From the human T2T-CHM13v2.0 reference genome, Homo sapiens, in NCBI RefSeq assembly GCF_009914755.1, contig NC_060925.1: 64,000 bases of DNA. One strand, given 5' to 3'. Every line of letters begins with the position of its first letter. The first letter of the stretch is position 1. Positions 1 to 14,791 of the stretch are shown piece by piece. Position numbers and translations under genes: made by a program. The notes under the pieces are model-generated. The model was given only the letters and a program-made list of their open reading frames with translations, had not been told where the DNA came from and searched no databases.

Positions 1-241
1 CTTGGTTTCCAGTAGTTTTTAATTCTTCCCAACTCTTTGTGGGAAAGAGCCTGGGTAAGACAGGACACCAACTACTTGCTCAAAACCACCATCCCCACCA
101 GACAAGCAGCTCATGGAACCCTCCCTGGGAAAGACTGAAGGCTGTGGAGACCTAGCTGCATATTATATTATATTTTGCATTATAAGGTCTTATCGATACA
201 GAGAAAACTCTCAATTTCAAAAAATGATGAGAAACTCAGTC

Positions 242-535
242 TTTTTTTTTTTTTAGATAGTCTTGCTCTGTCTCATCTCCCAGGCTGGAGTGCAGTGGCA
301 CGATCTCAGCTCACTGTAACCTCTGACTCCTGGTTCAAGTTATTCTTCTCCCTCAGCCTCCCGAGTAGCTGGGATTACAGGTGTCTGCCACCTCACCCAG
401 CTAATTTTTGTATTTTTAGTAGAGATGGGGTTTTGCCATGTTGGTCAGGCTGGTTTGAGCTCCTGACCTCAGGTGATCTACCCACCTCAGCCCCGAAAGT
501 GCTGGGATTAAAGGCGTGAGCCACCACACCTGGCC
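242..535 (-). mobile_element. AluS element with target-site duplication
   Basis: Poly-T followed by antisense Alu consensus. TSD aaaaaatga(t/a)gagaaactcagt at 219-240 and 536-557. Confidence 0.95.
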
Positions 536-939
536 AAAAAATGAAGAGAAACTCAGTGTTTTGGATAACAGGGAGAATGTTTAGTGTTCTAAAAATGTAT
601 CCTTTCACATGTAAAGCTTCTTGCCTCTGAGCCTTTGCCAGTGCTGTTCCGTCTGCTAGGGTCGTACTTCCACCCTGCATGCTGGTGAATTCCACTTTGC
701 CCTCCAGCCCAAGCATCATATTTTCCAGACAGTCATTTGCCATGCTGCCCACCAAACAGGCTGTCCCTTGTTCTCATGCCACTGCTGAACATTGTTTATT
801 CCTTGTGCTAGGCAGGGCTCTGTCAGTTGTAACAACTGAAACTCCACTTAGACATGTTTCAGCTGAAGGGTGACTTATTGATTTTTATAACTGCAAAGAC
901 CATGGTATGCCTGAATTTGGAGGTTCAAGTAAGTTATTT

Positions 940-1085
940 TCTCTCTCTCTCTCTCTCTCCTCTTCCTCTCCTCCTTCTCATTTTCCTTCTCTTTTTCTTT
1001 CCTCTCCTCCTTCCCTCCGTTCTTCTTTTCCTTCTTTTTCTCTTTCTCCCTCTCTCCTTACTTTTTTCTCTTTCTCTCCTTTTAA
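940..1085. repeat. CT-rich low-complexity/polypyrimidine tract
   Basis: (CT)n followed by C/T-dominated sequence. Confidence 0.9.
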
Positions 1086-1369
1086 TTTGCTCTATTCTCT
1101 ATATGGGCCTCGTTCCTTCTACTGCAAATAAGGAAAATGACCACCTGGAAACCCAAAAGGCCCACCACATCCCAGCAGAGCCACCCCAGCTGAAAGAAAC
1201 CCAGCTTCTCTCTCCAGCTTCTACACATCAATCCAGGCCAGAACTCCATCTGACCCTTGTGAGACATGCTTCCACACCTCGGTGGACCACTGAGGCTCGG
1301 GAATTCAGCATAATGATGGGCACTTCTGGGGTCATGGGCCTTCCCTGTAGCTAAGGTGACAAAAGGACA

Positions 1370-1600
1370 GACTGGTCTGGAATGTCCATGCCAGCTGGCT
1401 TACATGCCCAGCCATTGATGCTGGCTGCTTTCTGGGAGCTCAGTTGTGCTCTAGACCAGAAAACCTCCATGTGGCCTCTCCACATGACCCTCATTTCTCA
1501 GCATGGTGGCTGCGGCCCAACGGGGAGACTCTCATGAGCAAAGTTTCCAAAAGACCAAAGTGGCAGCTGCGAGCCTCCTCATGGCTGAGCCTCAGCCCCC
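1370..1600. mobile_element. Old MaLR (MLT1-type) LTR fragment
   Basis: Motifs such as gatgctggctgc...tgggagctcag and catgtggcctctccacatg...cagcatggtggctg resemble the MLT1J/K consensus. Confidence 0.5.
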
Positions 1601-1706
1601 ATGCAGCATCAGAGCCACTGCAGTCTTGGCTTCCCAGGAGGCCAGCCCAGAAGCAGCAAGAAAGGGGACCTGGAAACCAGGAGGTTTGGTTCGAGGGAAG
1701 GCCCTC

Positions 1707-2106
1707 TGATATAATTTGGATATTTATCTCCACCCAGATTTCAAGTTAAATTGCAGTCTCCAGTGCTGGAGTTGGGGCATGGTGGGAGTTGTTTTGACCA
1801 TGGGGGTAGATCCCTCATGGCTTGCTGCTGTCTTTGAGATAGTGAGTTCTTGTGAGATCTGGTTATTTAAAAGTGTGTGGCATGTCCCTCCCCACACCCA
1901 CCGACTCTCTCTTCCTTGTTCCTGCTTTGGCCACATGATGTGCCTGCTCATGATTGTAAACTTCCTAGGCCTCCTTAGAAGCCAAGCAGATGCCAGCACC
2001 ATGCTTCTTGTGAAGCCCGCAGAACAATGAGCCAATACAAACTCTTTTCTTTATAAATTAACATCTCAGATATTTCTTTATAGCAACGCAAGAATGGCCT
2101 GATACG
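1707..2106 (+). mobile_element. MST (MSTB-like) solo MaLR LTR
   Basis: Begins tgatataatttgg and ends tttctttatagcaacgcaagaatggcctgatacg. About 400 bp long, with an imperfect 5-bp TSD ccctc/ccatc. Confidence 0.85.
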
Positions 2107-3059
2107 CCATCTTTGGAGACTAGCTAGCACATGGGCCTTCTCCATCTGTAGCTACACTTCTAGAACAGACATGGCTTCCAAGGCCACTGCAGCAGCTGGA
2201 GGAAGAGCTCAGGGTCCTGTGGGATGTTCCTCAGGCTCAGATCTGTGGTTCCGCCCACATTCTATTGGCCATAATCTCGCTCCCTAGCCTCCACTTGACA
2301 GCAAGGAACCTAAGGGAAGGGATCTGCTGAGGGCAATCTCTGCCACAAGGAGCAAGTGAAAGCAAGTAGAGAGGAAGCCAAGACTGATGCCCAAGTGGGA
2401 GAGGTGCTGAGGAGAGAGGTCTTTTTTTTTTTTTTTGACAGAGTTCTGAATGTTTCAGAGTAGTCCAAGTGCACCCAAAAGCACAATAATTAAATGAGGG
2501 GCAGGAGAGTGGTTTAGAAGAAGATTGTTTTTCTGGATTCAGCTCCAACAAAGTTTGTCCTGCAGGTCTTGGTGCTGTGCCATGGTCCTTCTCGCCAATA
2601 ATATTCAGCCTGGATACCCCGCTGTGGCTCTACCAGGGAGGAAAATATTTTCCTGCCACTGCCCTGAGCCTCCTGACTGACCCCAGCTGCCTTAGACATC
2701 CCAGCTTTTGGGACTACCCCAGACCTCCCTATAACCAGCAATCAGAGGCTGGCACAGCAAGGGTGCTTTGGAACCCTGCCTGGTGCTCCAGGGTGACAGG
2801 CAGCACCTGCTGTCATTGGTCAGTGTCTGTGCAGTATTTGCTAGAGTTTTGTGGATCTCAGCCTTGAAATCTGTGTCTTTCTATAGTCAAAGGATCTGAG
2901 TTGGGAGAAGGCACCTAGATATGCTCCACCATAGCGTTCTGGTGTTTCCTGTCATCTCTGAAGCCTCTGAGCTCTTATAACAGGGGCTTAAAGATGGTAG
3001 CATTGAGATATGAAGGCTTGTAGTTGTTGTCCAGTTCAGGGGACTTTAACTCCAGGTAT

Positions 3060-3520
3060 CTGGAACTTAGAATAAATCCTCATGCCCTCACCATGGCAAC
3101 AGGGCTCACCTCCTCTGTCTCATACCTCTCCCTCCCTTGGCCACTATTGCTACAGATATCCTGACCCTTTTACCTCTTTATCAAATAAGCCCACTCTGCC
3201 CCAGGGCCTTTGCATGGGCTTACTTTCCTCCAAGAATAATTTACTCCTGATATTTGCCTGACTAAATCCTTCTCACCTTTCTGATTGCAAAGAGGCTTCC
3301 TTGACAACTCATTCTGAAGCAGCTTTTCCCTCCAGTCTAGCTACTTTCTCTTTCGTTATTCTGTTTGATTTTATTTATAGCACTTAGCACTGTATGACAT
3401 TGTTTATTTTGAAATTGTTTATTTCTCTCTCCTCAATAATATAAGCCCAAAAAAGACAAGGAATATGTTTTTGATTCTGTTTCTATCCCCGGGCCCTAGA
3501 ATAGGGTCTGGGAGATAGTT
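3060..3520. mobile_element. L2 LINE 3' fragments
   Basis: ccccagggcctttgcatg, tttatagcacttagcactg and gggccctagaataggg motifs typical of L2. Confidence 0.55.
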
Positions 3521-3593
3521 GCAGCAGAATCCCTAGCTGAAATGGCAATCTTGTGCTAACTGGAAAAAAAGAGCTCCCTTGCCCCCATCCCTG

Positions 3594-3625
<32 letters not shown>

Positions 3626-3672
3626 TGGAATCTCCCTCTGTTACCCAGGCTGGAGTGCAGTGGTGTGATTTC
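3594..3672 (-). mobile_element. Severely 5'-truncated Alu (3' end only)
   Basis: Long poly-T, then agatggaatctccctctgttacccaggctggagtgcagtgg, ending abruptly. Confidence 0.85.
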
Positions 3673-4351
3673 GAAGAGAGCCCTTTCTTGATATACTTTG
3701 TCATCTTCTGCTAGAAGTTTTTTATACTCATTATACAAACCCACCCTATCTGTTACTTACACACCCTGTATGGCCCTGCTTCCACCCCAGCAAAAATGCT
3801 TGTGGAATGAATGAATGGGTTGGTGGAAGTCAGGGGGACTGGAACATCTGAAAACAAATGTCAGTGTGTGTGGCCAGCGTCTGTGCACCTTTCTTGATTG
3901 ATTGAATCTTCTGTGCATTGATTTCATGGTATTGGGCACAGAATCCCCTTTTTTGCTCATTACCAACAAAGATTTGTCAAGCACCCACTCACTGTGTTCA
4001 CTTGGGGAATTCAGACATGAACAAGACACAATTTCTTGATTTAAGAAGCTGAGATTCTAGAAGGCCAGGCAGTGATGTGAAAGATGGTGCATTCCAGGGT
4101 CATAATGGCTACACTAGGAGCCAGCCCAGGGCTCTCCTGGAGCACAGGACACCTGTTCAGTGCAGAGGACTCAGTAAGTCTTTCTGGAGAAGTGATTGAG
4201 CTGGCTCTGCAGGATGGAGAGGTTTGAAAATTGCTAAGTGCTTTGTACAACTTATAAAAATCCACGTTGCCCAGTTTCCAAGCAGTCTCATGTTCAGTAG
4301 ACAAAAGGCAATTTTCAAACTGAAATTCTTTACTTGCATTTCTATTTCTAT

Positions 4352-4685
4352 TTTCCTTCCTTCCTTTCTTCCTTCCTTCCTTCCTTCTTTCCTTCCCCCA
4401 CCCCACCCCCTGAGTCTTGCTCTGTTGTCCAGCAGACTGGAGTGCAGTGGTGTGATCTCGGCTCACTGCAACCTCCAACTCCTGGGTTTGAGTAATTCTC
4501 CTGCCTCAGCCACCTCTCTATCTTTCTGTAGCTGGGATTACAGACACATGCCACCATGCCTGGCTAACCCAGATGCGGTTTCACCATGTTGGCCAGGCTC
4601 TTCTTGAACTCCTGACTTCAAGTGATCCACCTGCCTCTGCCTCCCAAAGTACTGGGATTACAGGTGTGGGTCACCGTGCCCGGCC
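4352..4685 (-). mobile_element. Alu with (TTCC)n-derived tail and internal indels
   Basis: Antisense Alu sequence with TSD tttacttgcatttct on both flanks. Confidence 0.9.
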
Positions 4686-5075
4686 CTTTACTTGCATTTC
4701 TTAAGTTGTGTGAAGTCAGTAGGGATTGTTCTCTAGAATTCCCTTTTACTCTCCTATCCACATTCCCCTAGATTGTAGTTCCCTCACCTCTTTCACACAA
4801 TCTTACCTGCAAAACTCCACCCACAGCTTTCAATACCTCTCCCACTTCTCTGCTCTTTATTGTGAAGACAAGCACAGTTTCTTCCTTTTGGGACCATTCC
4901 TCCCTGCTCTGGCTTTTCAGGTCTAATAATGTATCCATCCTCTATCACAAAAGCCAAGCTAGAATCCTCTTTGGAGCACAGCCCAGGTCAAGAAACTGCA
5001 TAGATACAGCAGAGGGAGAAACGAGGTTCAGAACACTCATGCATTAACTGTTTTGATCTCATCACAGTTTCTTCC

Positions 5076-5319
5076 TTTTTTTTTTTTTCTGAGGTGGAGT
5101 CTCGCTCTGTCACCCAGGCTGGAGTGCAGTGGTGCCATCTTGGCTCACTGCAACCTCTGCCTCCCACACGCCACCATGCCTGGGTAATTTTTGTATTTTT
5201 AGTAGAGACAGAGTTTCACCATGTTGGCGAGGATGGTCTCAATCTCCTGACTTCATGATCTACCTGCCTCGGCCTCCCAAAGTGCTGGGATTACAGGCCT
5301 GAGCCATCACACCTGGCTG
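5076..5319 (-). mobile_element. AluS with internal deletion
   Basis: Antisense Alu. TSD tctcatcaca(g/c)tttct. Confidence 0.9.
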
Positions 5320-5671
5320 GTCTCATCACACTTTCTAAACGACTATTATTAACTCATTTCCCAGATGAGAAAACTGAAGCTCAGAAAGATCAAGCGACCT
5401 GCCCAATATCCCAAAGCTATTAAGTGCCTATTCTTCCTGCCTGCCATACTTCCCTTCCCTCTGTCTTCCCCTTTGCCTACTTAACTGTGATTCAACCCAA
5501 AGAGAAATTTCCCCAGGAAAGCCTTTCCTAAACATCTTGCCTTGGCCAACCTCCCCAACTACTGTACACTTCGATAAGGCTGTGAACTTTCCCTTCACAG
5601 CCCTTGTCACATTCGTAATTGTTCATTTCCTTGGATTATTCCTGGGTTAAAGTCTATCTAGACTTTACGCA

Positions 5672-5968
5672 TTTTTTTTTTTTTTTTTGAGATGGAGTCT
5701 GGCTCTGTCGCCCAGCCTGGAGTGCGGTGGTGTGATCTTGGCTCACTGCAAGCTCCGCTTCCTGGGTTCACACCATTCTCCTGCCTCAGCCTCCAAAGTA
5801 GCTGGGACTATAGGCGCCTGCCACCATGCTCAGCTAATTTTTTGTATTTTTGTAGAGAGGGAGTTTCACTGTGTTAGCCGGGATGATCTCAATCTCCTGA
5901 CCTCATGATCCACCCGCCTCAGCCTCCCAGAGTGCTGCGATTATAGGCATGAGCCACTCTGCACAGCC
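5672..5968 (-). mobile_element. AluY/Sc-like element
   Basis: Diagnostic gcaagctccg and caccattctcctg sequences. Flanked by tagactt. Confidence 0.9.
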
Positions 5969-5993
5969 TAGACTTCAAGCTTTTAGAATAGCG

Positions 5994-6024
<31 letters not shown>

Positions 6025-6189
6025 CCCTCCCATTGTATAACCAGTGAGTAAAACAACATCTGGGACATGTCAGTACTTGCTAAATATTTACTGAATAAAA
6101 GAATGAATGACTGAAATTCAAACCCGTGTCTCCAAAATCCAAGTTCTTGTCTGACATCATGACTTGTTGTTCTCCAGGAGAACAGGAGA

Positions 6190-6465
6190 CGTCTCTTTCT
6201 GTCTCCTAGGCTGAGATTGCAGTGGTGCAATCTCAGTTCACTGTACCCTCTGCCTCCTGGGCCCAAGTGATCCTCCCACCTCAGTCTCCCAAGTAGCTGA
6301 GATCATAGGCATGGACCACCATGCCTGGCTAATTTTTGTATTTTTAGTAGAGACAGGGTTTCGCCATGTTGGCCAGGCTGGTCTTGAGCTCCTGGCCTCA
6401 AGTGATCCACCTGCCTTGGCCTCCCCAAGTGCTAAGATTACAGGCACGAGCCACCATGCACAGCC
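6190..6465 (-). mobile_element. AluJ-like element
   Basis: caagtgatcctcccacctcag in an antisense Alu body. Confidence 0.85.
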
Positions 6466-6756
6466 ATGCATATCTCCTTTATGTAACTTAACAACATCTG
6501 CAACGTTTGTTTGTGTGAGTTTTTTTATTCTGCCTGCATTTGTGTATGTGAGTCTTTTCCTATGGATTTTTCCCACCATGGCTGTAAGCACCATGAGAGT
6601 GAGGAAAATAGCTGTTTTGCTTTATCATATTTTCTCTGGTGCCTAACAAAGTACCTGGAACACAAGAGAGTAACTAATGGGATAAATACACGCATTAATG
6701 GGATTTGTCAATGAAGGGAAAAATTTAGTGCATTAGCTTGAATGAGGAGGTAGGTC

Positions 6757-6879
6757 CTACTGGCCTCTTGGGTAGAGGCCAGGGCTGCCACTAAACATTC
6801 TACAATATACAGGACAGCCTCCCACACCAAAAACTATACAGCTTAAAATGTCGATAGTGCTGAGGTTGAGAAATCCTGG
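6757..6879 (+). mobile_element. MER20 DNA transposon fragment
   Basis: gggtagaggccagggctgccactaaacattctacaat...gtgctgaggttgagaaatcctg matches the MER20 end. Confidence 0.8.
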
Positions 6880-7226
6880 TTTGACATATTATTCCTGTGT
6901 TAAAATTAATATATGTAAAACAATTTCCTCAGTTGTTAACATGGCATTTTTATCAAGCAATTTTGTTTTCTCTGAAATATACCTCAGATTGTTTTTAGTT
7001 TTTCCAGGGGAAACTATTCATCTTTTACTAGAGAAAAGAATATGGCAAACAGTGAATCTGTGTTTCAGGAAGGGTAACGTCGTTTTTCTTTTAATTTCCC
7101 TTTTGAAGCTCTCGGGGTGCTACCAACATCTTGGAAATCTGGATAATTTGAGTATTACTAAGGGAATAGTTTCATTCTACATGCTACAAATGTTTAATCA
7201 TTTTATTTATCTAAAGCTCCTTTCTT

Positions 7227-7650
<424 letters not shown>

Positions 7651-7658
7651 TCAGTGTT

Positions 7659-7924
7659 GGCTGGGCATGGTGGCTCATGCCTGTAATCCTAGCACTTTGG
7701 GAGGCTGAGGCTGAGGTCAGGAGTTTGAAACCAGCCTGGCCAATGTGGTGAAACCCCCTCTCTACTAAAAATACAAAAATTAGCTTGGCGTGGTGACGTG
7801 TGCCCGTAATCCCAGCTACTCAAGAGGCTGAGGCAGGAGAATCACTTGAATCCTGGAGGCAGAGATTGCAGTGAGCCGAGATCGTTCCACTGCACTCCCG
7901 CCTAAAACTCCATCTCAAAAAAAA
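7659..7924 (+). mobile_element. AluS element with small deletions
   Basis: Sense Alu consensus. Confidence 0.9.
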
Positions 7925-8479
7925 GCAGGTGTTTTACTCTTAAAATAAGACATTAAAAAAATACTTCTGTTGTCTCCCCTCTTAGAACTGGCAATCTCTT
8001 CCTTCTCCACCCTCATCCCCTGCTGTAATTCTATATTGAAATATCATTGTATTTTGTGCCAAATGTCTTTGTATAAAACCAACTTAGTTCTGTGAGAAGA
8101 GTTGTACGTTTTTAATATTTTTGTTCTTTTTGTAGACTGCAGGAACAAAAATAGCCTTCCTATAGTAAGGTGGCAATTCACATTAAGAATGTAGATAAGC
8201 AAATTTAAACTTTTAAATGTAATTTGTCTAAAAAAATTGAAAAACAGTGTATAGTAAAAATCTCTCTTCCAACCAACGGAAAGTACTTTTATGTAAGATC
8301 CTTTAAGTTACTGACTTGAATCTTTACGTAAGGTAATTTGCTAGTATCTATTTTATAAATAATGTTATTTAATACTGTTTTATTTTCTATAGAATCCTGG
8401 TGTTTTTCCATGTAAATTTTTAAAAATTCTTAAAGTATGTATCCCTCATTTTCCCCTATAGTTGTTTGCTTCTACTTCT

Positions 8480-9390
<911 letters not shown>

Positions 9391-9444
9391 CTCTTTATAG
9401 TTTAAGAGGAAGGATAAACCTTAAGAGATCACAACACTATATTT

Positions 9445-9970
9445 GTGTCAGGGATCCACAAGACTGCCTCCATGTTTGGAGATTTGCTATAAGGACTCAT
9501 GGGATCAGCTTAGGGTTGTAATGGCTAAGATTTATTACTGTAACATAGTATGGATATATAGTAGAAAGAACTCAATGGCAAAAGACACTGACAGAGTCTG
9601 GAAAAATCCATGTACCGGCTTCCTTATGTGCTGTGCCTTCCATGAGGATCACACAGACTACCTTCTTTCCCCCTTAATGAAAATACAACAACCTATGTGA
9701 CTTCCCAAGAAACACAGGTTTTATCTCGGCTGGGTCACATATGTGTACTCTGCCTAGCATGTGTGAAATTTCCAGACTCACAAAAAGAATAGCAGGATAA
9801 GCCACATTATTTCCATAGTCTAGATACAGTAAACCATGATTACCAGTTATGGAACCCTCTTGAAATTCAAGTCCTCAGAAGCCAGCCTAGGACCAACTGT
9901 GCAGACAGACAGACCCTCCTTCACAGGATAATATAATAGTCTCAGATCTGCTTTGTTAATTTTTGTTTGC
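9445..9970. mobile_element. MER21-family LTR
   Basis: tgtgtcagggatccacaagact...ggactcatggga...atggctaagatttattac resembles the MER21B/C consensus. Confidence 0.65.
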
Positions 9971-10169
9971 ATAGAGTTTTATAATTGGAAGATGTCTCAA
10001 ATGCTACATATTTCTGTCTAATGGACTTTAGTAAGAGTGTTGTATAGTATACAACATGGAATTATTCTCCATTATAGGCAGGCTGTGATAAGTGTTCTAA
10101 TGTTTATACAAAAGAACTCTGTAACTTTGAGCAGAGTAAAGAGAGTGTTAACGATACTTTTGACTGCAA

Positions 10170-12360
10170 ATAGTGGAAAAATGTTGTGTTTAACTCTGAA
10201 ATATGCTTTGCCTGATATTAGTATTTCTACTCTAGCTTTCTCTTGACTAGCGTAAGCATGGTATATATTATTCCATTCTTTTATTTTAACCTGTTTGCAT
10301 CTTTGTATTTAACTTGTGTTTCTTGAAGGCGATAGTTTTATTTCTCTGATAAAAACATATAAGAAGACAATCACATTAAATGTATATGGTCTAAAACCTC
10401 TGCTTTTTAATTGGGGGTATTTAGACCATGTACATTTAATATGATTGTCTTCTTATGTTTTCTATTTATCTCTATCTGTTCCTTGCATTTTTCTTGCATC
10501 CCCCACCTGCCAAGATGGGGTCTTGCTCTGTCACCCAAGCTAGAGTGCAGTGGTGTGATCATACCTTACTGCAGCCTTGACCTGCTAGGCTCAAGTGATC
10601 TACCTCAGCCTCCCAATAGTGGAGACCACAGTTGTGCACCATCATACCCGGCTACTTTATTTTTTTATATATGGGGTCTCACTATGTTGTCCAGGCTGGT
10701 CTCATACTCCTGAGCTCAAGTGAGTCTCCTGCCTTGGCCACCCAGAGTGCTGGGATTACAGGTGTGAGCCATTGCACCTGGTCTTCTTGCATGCTTTTAC
10801 TTTATTTATTTATTTTTTTTTTTTGAGAGAGAGAGTCTCGCTCTGTTGCCAGGCTGGAGTGCAGTGGCGCTATCTTGGTTCACTAGAGTCTCCGCCTCCT
10901 GGGTTCAAGCGATTCTCCTGCCTCAGTCTCCTGAGTAGCTGGGATTACAGGTGTGCACCACCACACCCAGCTAATTTTTGTATTTTTAGTAGAGACGGGG
11001 TTTCACCATGTTGGCCAAGATGGTCTCGATCTCCTGACTTTGTGATCCGCTTACCCTGGCCTCCCAAAGTGCTGGGATTACAGGCGTGAGCCACCGTGCC
11101 CAGCTTACATTATTTATTATGATTCCAGTTTGCCTCTTTTTAATACTTTTACTTATTTTTAAAAATTATTTTTGTGGTTCCTTTAAGATTATAGTGCACA
11201 TTTAGAGAGGTCAAGTAATATTGTACACTTCATCTATAATAAAAGCATTCCTTCATTTACTTTCTTTTCCTCCCTCCTGCACTTTGTGCTATTGCTGCCA
11301 TGCATTTGACTTTTACATATGTTATAAACTCTGTAACATTTTGCTGTTTTTTTATTAAACATGTATCTCTTAGAGATTTAAATAATAAAAAATTTAAAAG
11401 ATGTTTGCTCATATAGTTACCACTTTGGTGCTCTTTATTCCTTCGTATTGGTCCAGATTTTCATCTGACATCATTTTGTTTCTGAAGAATATCCTTTAAC
11501 ATTTCTTGCAGTGAAGGTCTCCTGGTGATGAATTATTTCATTATTTATGTTTCTGGTGTGTCTTTATTTCACCTTCATTTTTGAAAGATATTTTTGCTAG
11601 GCATAGAATTCTAGTTGGCCTTTTTTCTTCTAGAACTTTAGAGATGTACTGCTGTCTTCTCACTTGCATTGTTTCTCAAAAGAAATCTGATGTTGTTCTT
11701 ATCTTTGTTCTTCTATAGGTAACATGTCTTTTTATACACCTGCTATTAATAATGTTTCCTTGATTTTGAACAATTTGATTATGTTATCCCTTAGTGTAAT
11801 TTTCTTCATGTTTCTTGTGCTTGGGGTTTGCTGAGTTTCTTGGATCCGTGAGTTAATAGGTCTTGTTATGGCTAGAACATTTTCAGCAGTTGTTTCTTCA
11901 AGTATTTTTTTTCTCTTTCTTTTTTTTCTCCTTTGGGGACTCCAGTTACCTGCATATTATTAGGCCATTTGAAGTTGCCTGACTGCTCACTGATGCTTTT
12001 TAAAAATCACTTTTTAACATTTTTTTTTCTTTTTGTACTTTAGCTAGTGTCTGTTCTTGTATCTTCAAGTTTGCTAATCTTTTCTTCTGCAGTTTCTAAT
12101 CTGCCTTAGTTCATCCAATGTAATTTTCATCTCAAATGTTTTTGTCTTTGAAAGTTTGATTTTGGCTTTTCTTGTTTATCTCCCATGTCTCTATTTAATG
12201 TTTTGATTATATGAGATACATGTATAAAAACAGTTTTAATGTCCTCCTCTGCTAATTTTAACATCTATTTAAGTTCTGGGTCAGTTTTGATTGATTATTT
12301 TCAGTTTGCATCATGATTGTCTGCTGCTTTTTATGCCTGGTAATCCTTATTTAGTTGTAA
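10170..12360 (-). mobile_element. Ancient L1M LINE fragments interrupted by Alus
   Basis: tttcaccttcatttttgaaagatatttttgctaggcatagaattctag and similar antisense L1M motifs. Confidence 0.75.
10510..11104 (-). mobile_element. AluJ (10510-10781) plus AluS (10800-11104)
   Basis: Two antisense Alu dimers. Confidence 0.9.
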
Positions 12361-13390
12361 AATTTACCGACAAAAGCAAAGTGACAAAAGGAGATAGGAA
12401 ATATCATGAAAACAATTTCTCTAAAAAAAAAAAAACTTATGATGCCTAATCCCCTGAATAAAGACATTTAAGCCTTTCTTGCTTCATATTTAGACAAAAA
12501 TCTTCCTGCTTATGTTCCTATTTCATCTCTGAAAACAGTGTAAGCAACCAGTTGTCCGAGGCACCATTCTTGGACAGTAATAATGTGCTGTCCTTCGTAT
12601 ATGAAGATGTAATTACTGTAGTAGCAACAAAAACCTAAGCTTTTGGATTGGATTCTGTTTTGGTTTTATTTTCTTCTACCACTACAATAAATGACACATA
12701 ATCTTTCACTCTTAACAATAAATGGTGCATAATTTTAAGACAATTATGTGGAATTCAGAGAGAAATTCATGCTCATGGAACACGATTTATATTCTGTGAA
12801 GTATTAACAATGACTTAATGAATGAACACGTAATCTGATTTAACTAACACCATCTTATTAATTGATATTACATACACAGATCAAAATTTTGTAATATATT
12901 GAACAGGACTTAACAGAAAACTACATATATGTAAGTGATTAATAATCTTTCAATACGATGATGAAGCCAACAGAAAACTATAAAAACTATATTTGAGAAA
13001 GATGGAAAGTGGTAATAGGAGTATATATGTTCTCCAACTTCTAAATTAGAGAAAATCTTACGAGTCAGCAAGTTAACACTTAATTTGATTATTTTTGATG
13101 TTACCAGCCCCAGAAATAGCATTCTGAAACAGATTACAGGCTTTCTTCTTTCTATTTGTTGATACATCAACTACCACAACTCACCTTTCATTTTGTTGCT
13201 AAATTTTCAGAATAAAGTGTGTGTGTGTGTTAAAATTCTCCTGCTAAAATAATCTTTCTATGTTCTTACATATTTAGGTTTGGAATATGGTTCATGATGG
13301 CAGAATTGTCCAGGTCAATATAGTAAAATACTCTGACCAAGACAGTAGGACCCAGACTCAAGCTGGGGAAGAGATAAATAAGCTCAGTTA

Positions 13391-14070
<680 letters not shown>

Positions 14071-14486
14071 CTTGCTGCATAGACATGACCATATTCATTT
14101 GAAAGCAAGTTAGTAAATATGTATCCTGAAAAGATAGTTTAGAAAAGAAACTTACAGGCCATGACCAGAGTGATTATAAAACATTCTCTTAACAGTTAGC
14201 AGGTGGAATAAAAAGTGTATTCTTTAAAATGATTTCATTACTAGTAAATAGTTCTATAAGGAAAAGTAGGGGGAAAAAGGCAAAGAAATATGAAACTAAG
14301 TCAATGAAAAGCAAATAGGCTATGATCACACATCTAAAGGCCATGAACATGGCAAAGAGTATTTTAAAGAATCTAAAAAGTGTACTTTGAATTTTAAAGT
14401 ATTTTAAGAGATTAATTTTATAAAAGGAAAAACAGTGTTATCACGCAGAAGGACCATATTTAGTATAATCAAAAGTTTAAGAAATT

Positions 14487-14791
14487 GGCCAGGAGTGGTG
14501 GCTCACACCAGTAATATCAGCATTTTGGGAGGCCGAGGCGGGCGGATCGGATCACCTGAGGTCAGGAGTTCAAGATCAGCCTCGCTGACATGGCAAAACA
14601 CCACCTCTGCTAAAAGCACAAAAATTAGCCAGGTGTGGTGACGCACACGGGTAATCACAGCTTCTTGGGAGGCTGAGGCATGAGAATTGCTTGAATCTGG
14701 GAGGCAGAGGTTGCAGTGAGCCAAGATCATGTCACTGCACTCCCGCCTGGGCAATAGAGCAAGATTCTGTCTCAATCAAAAAAAAAAAAAA
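14487..14791 (+). mobile_element. AluS element
   Basis: Sense Alu. TSD aa(a/g)agtttaagaaatt. Confidence 0.92.

Noticed and set aside
854-1354. Hydrophobic 166-aa membrane-protein-like ORF
   Set aside because: The Leu/Phe/Ser run is the translation of a CT-rich low-complexity tract.
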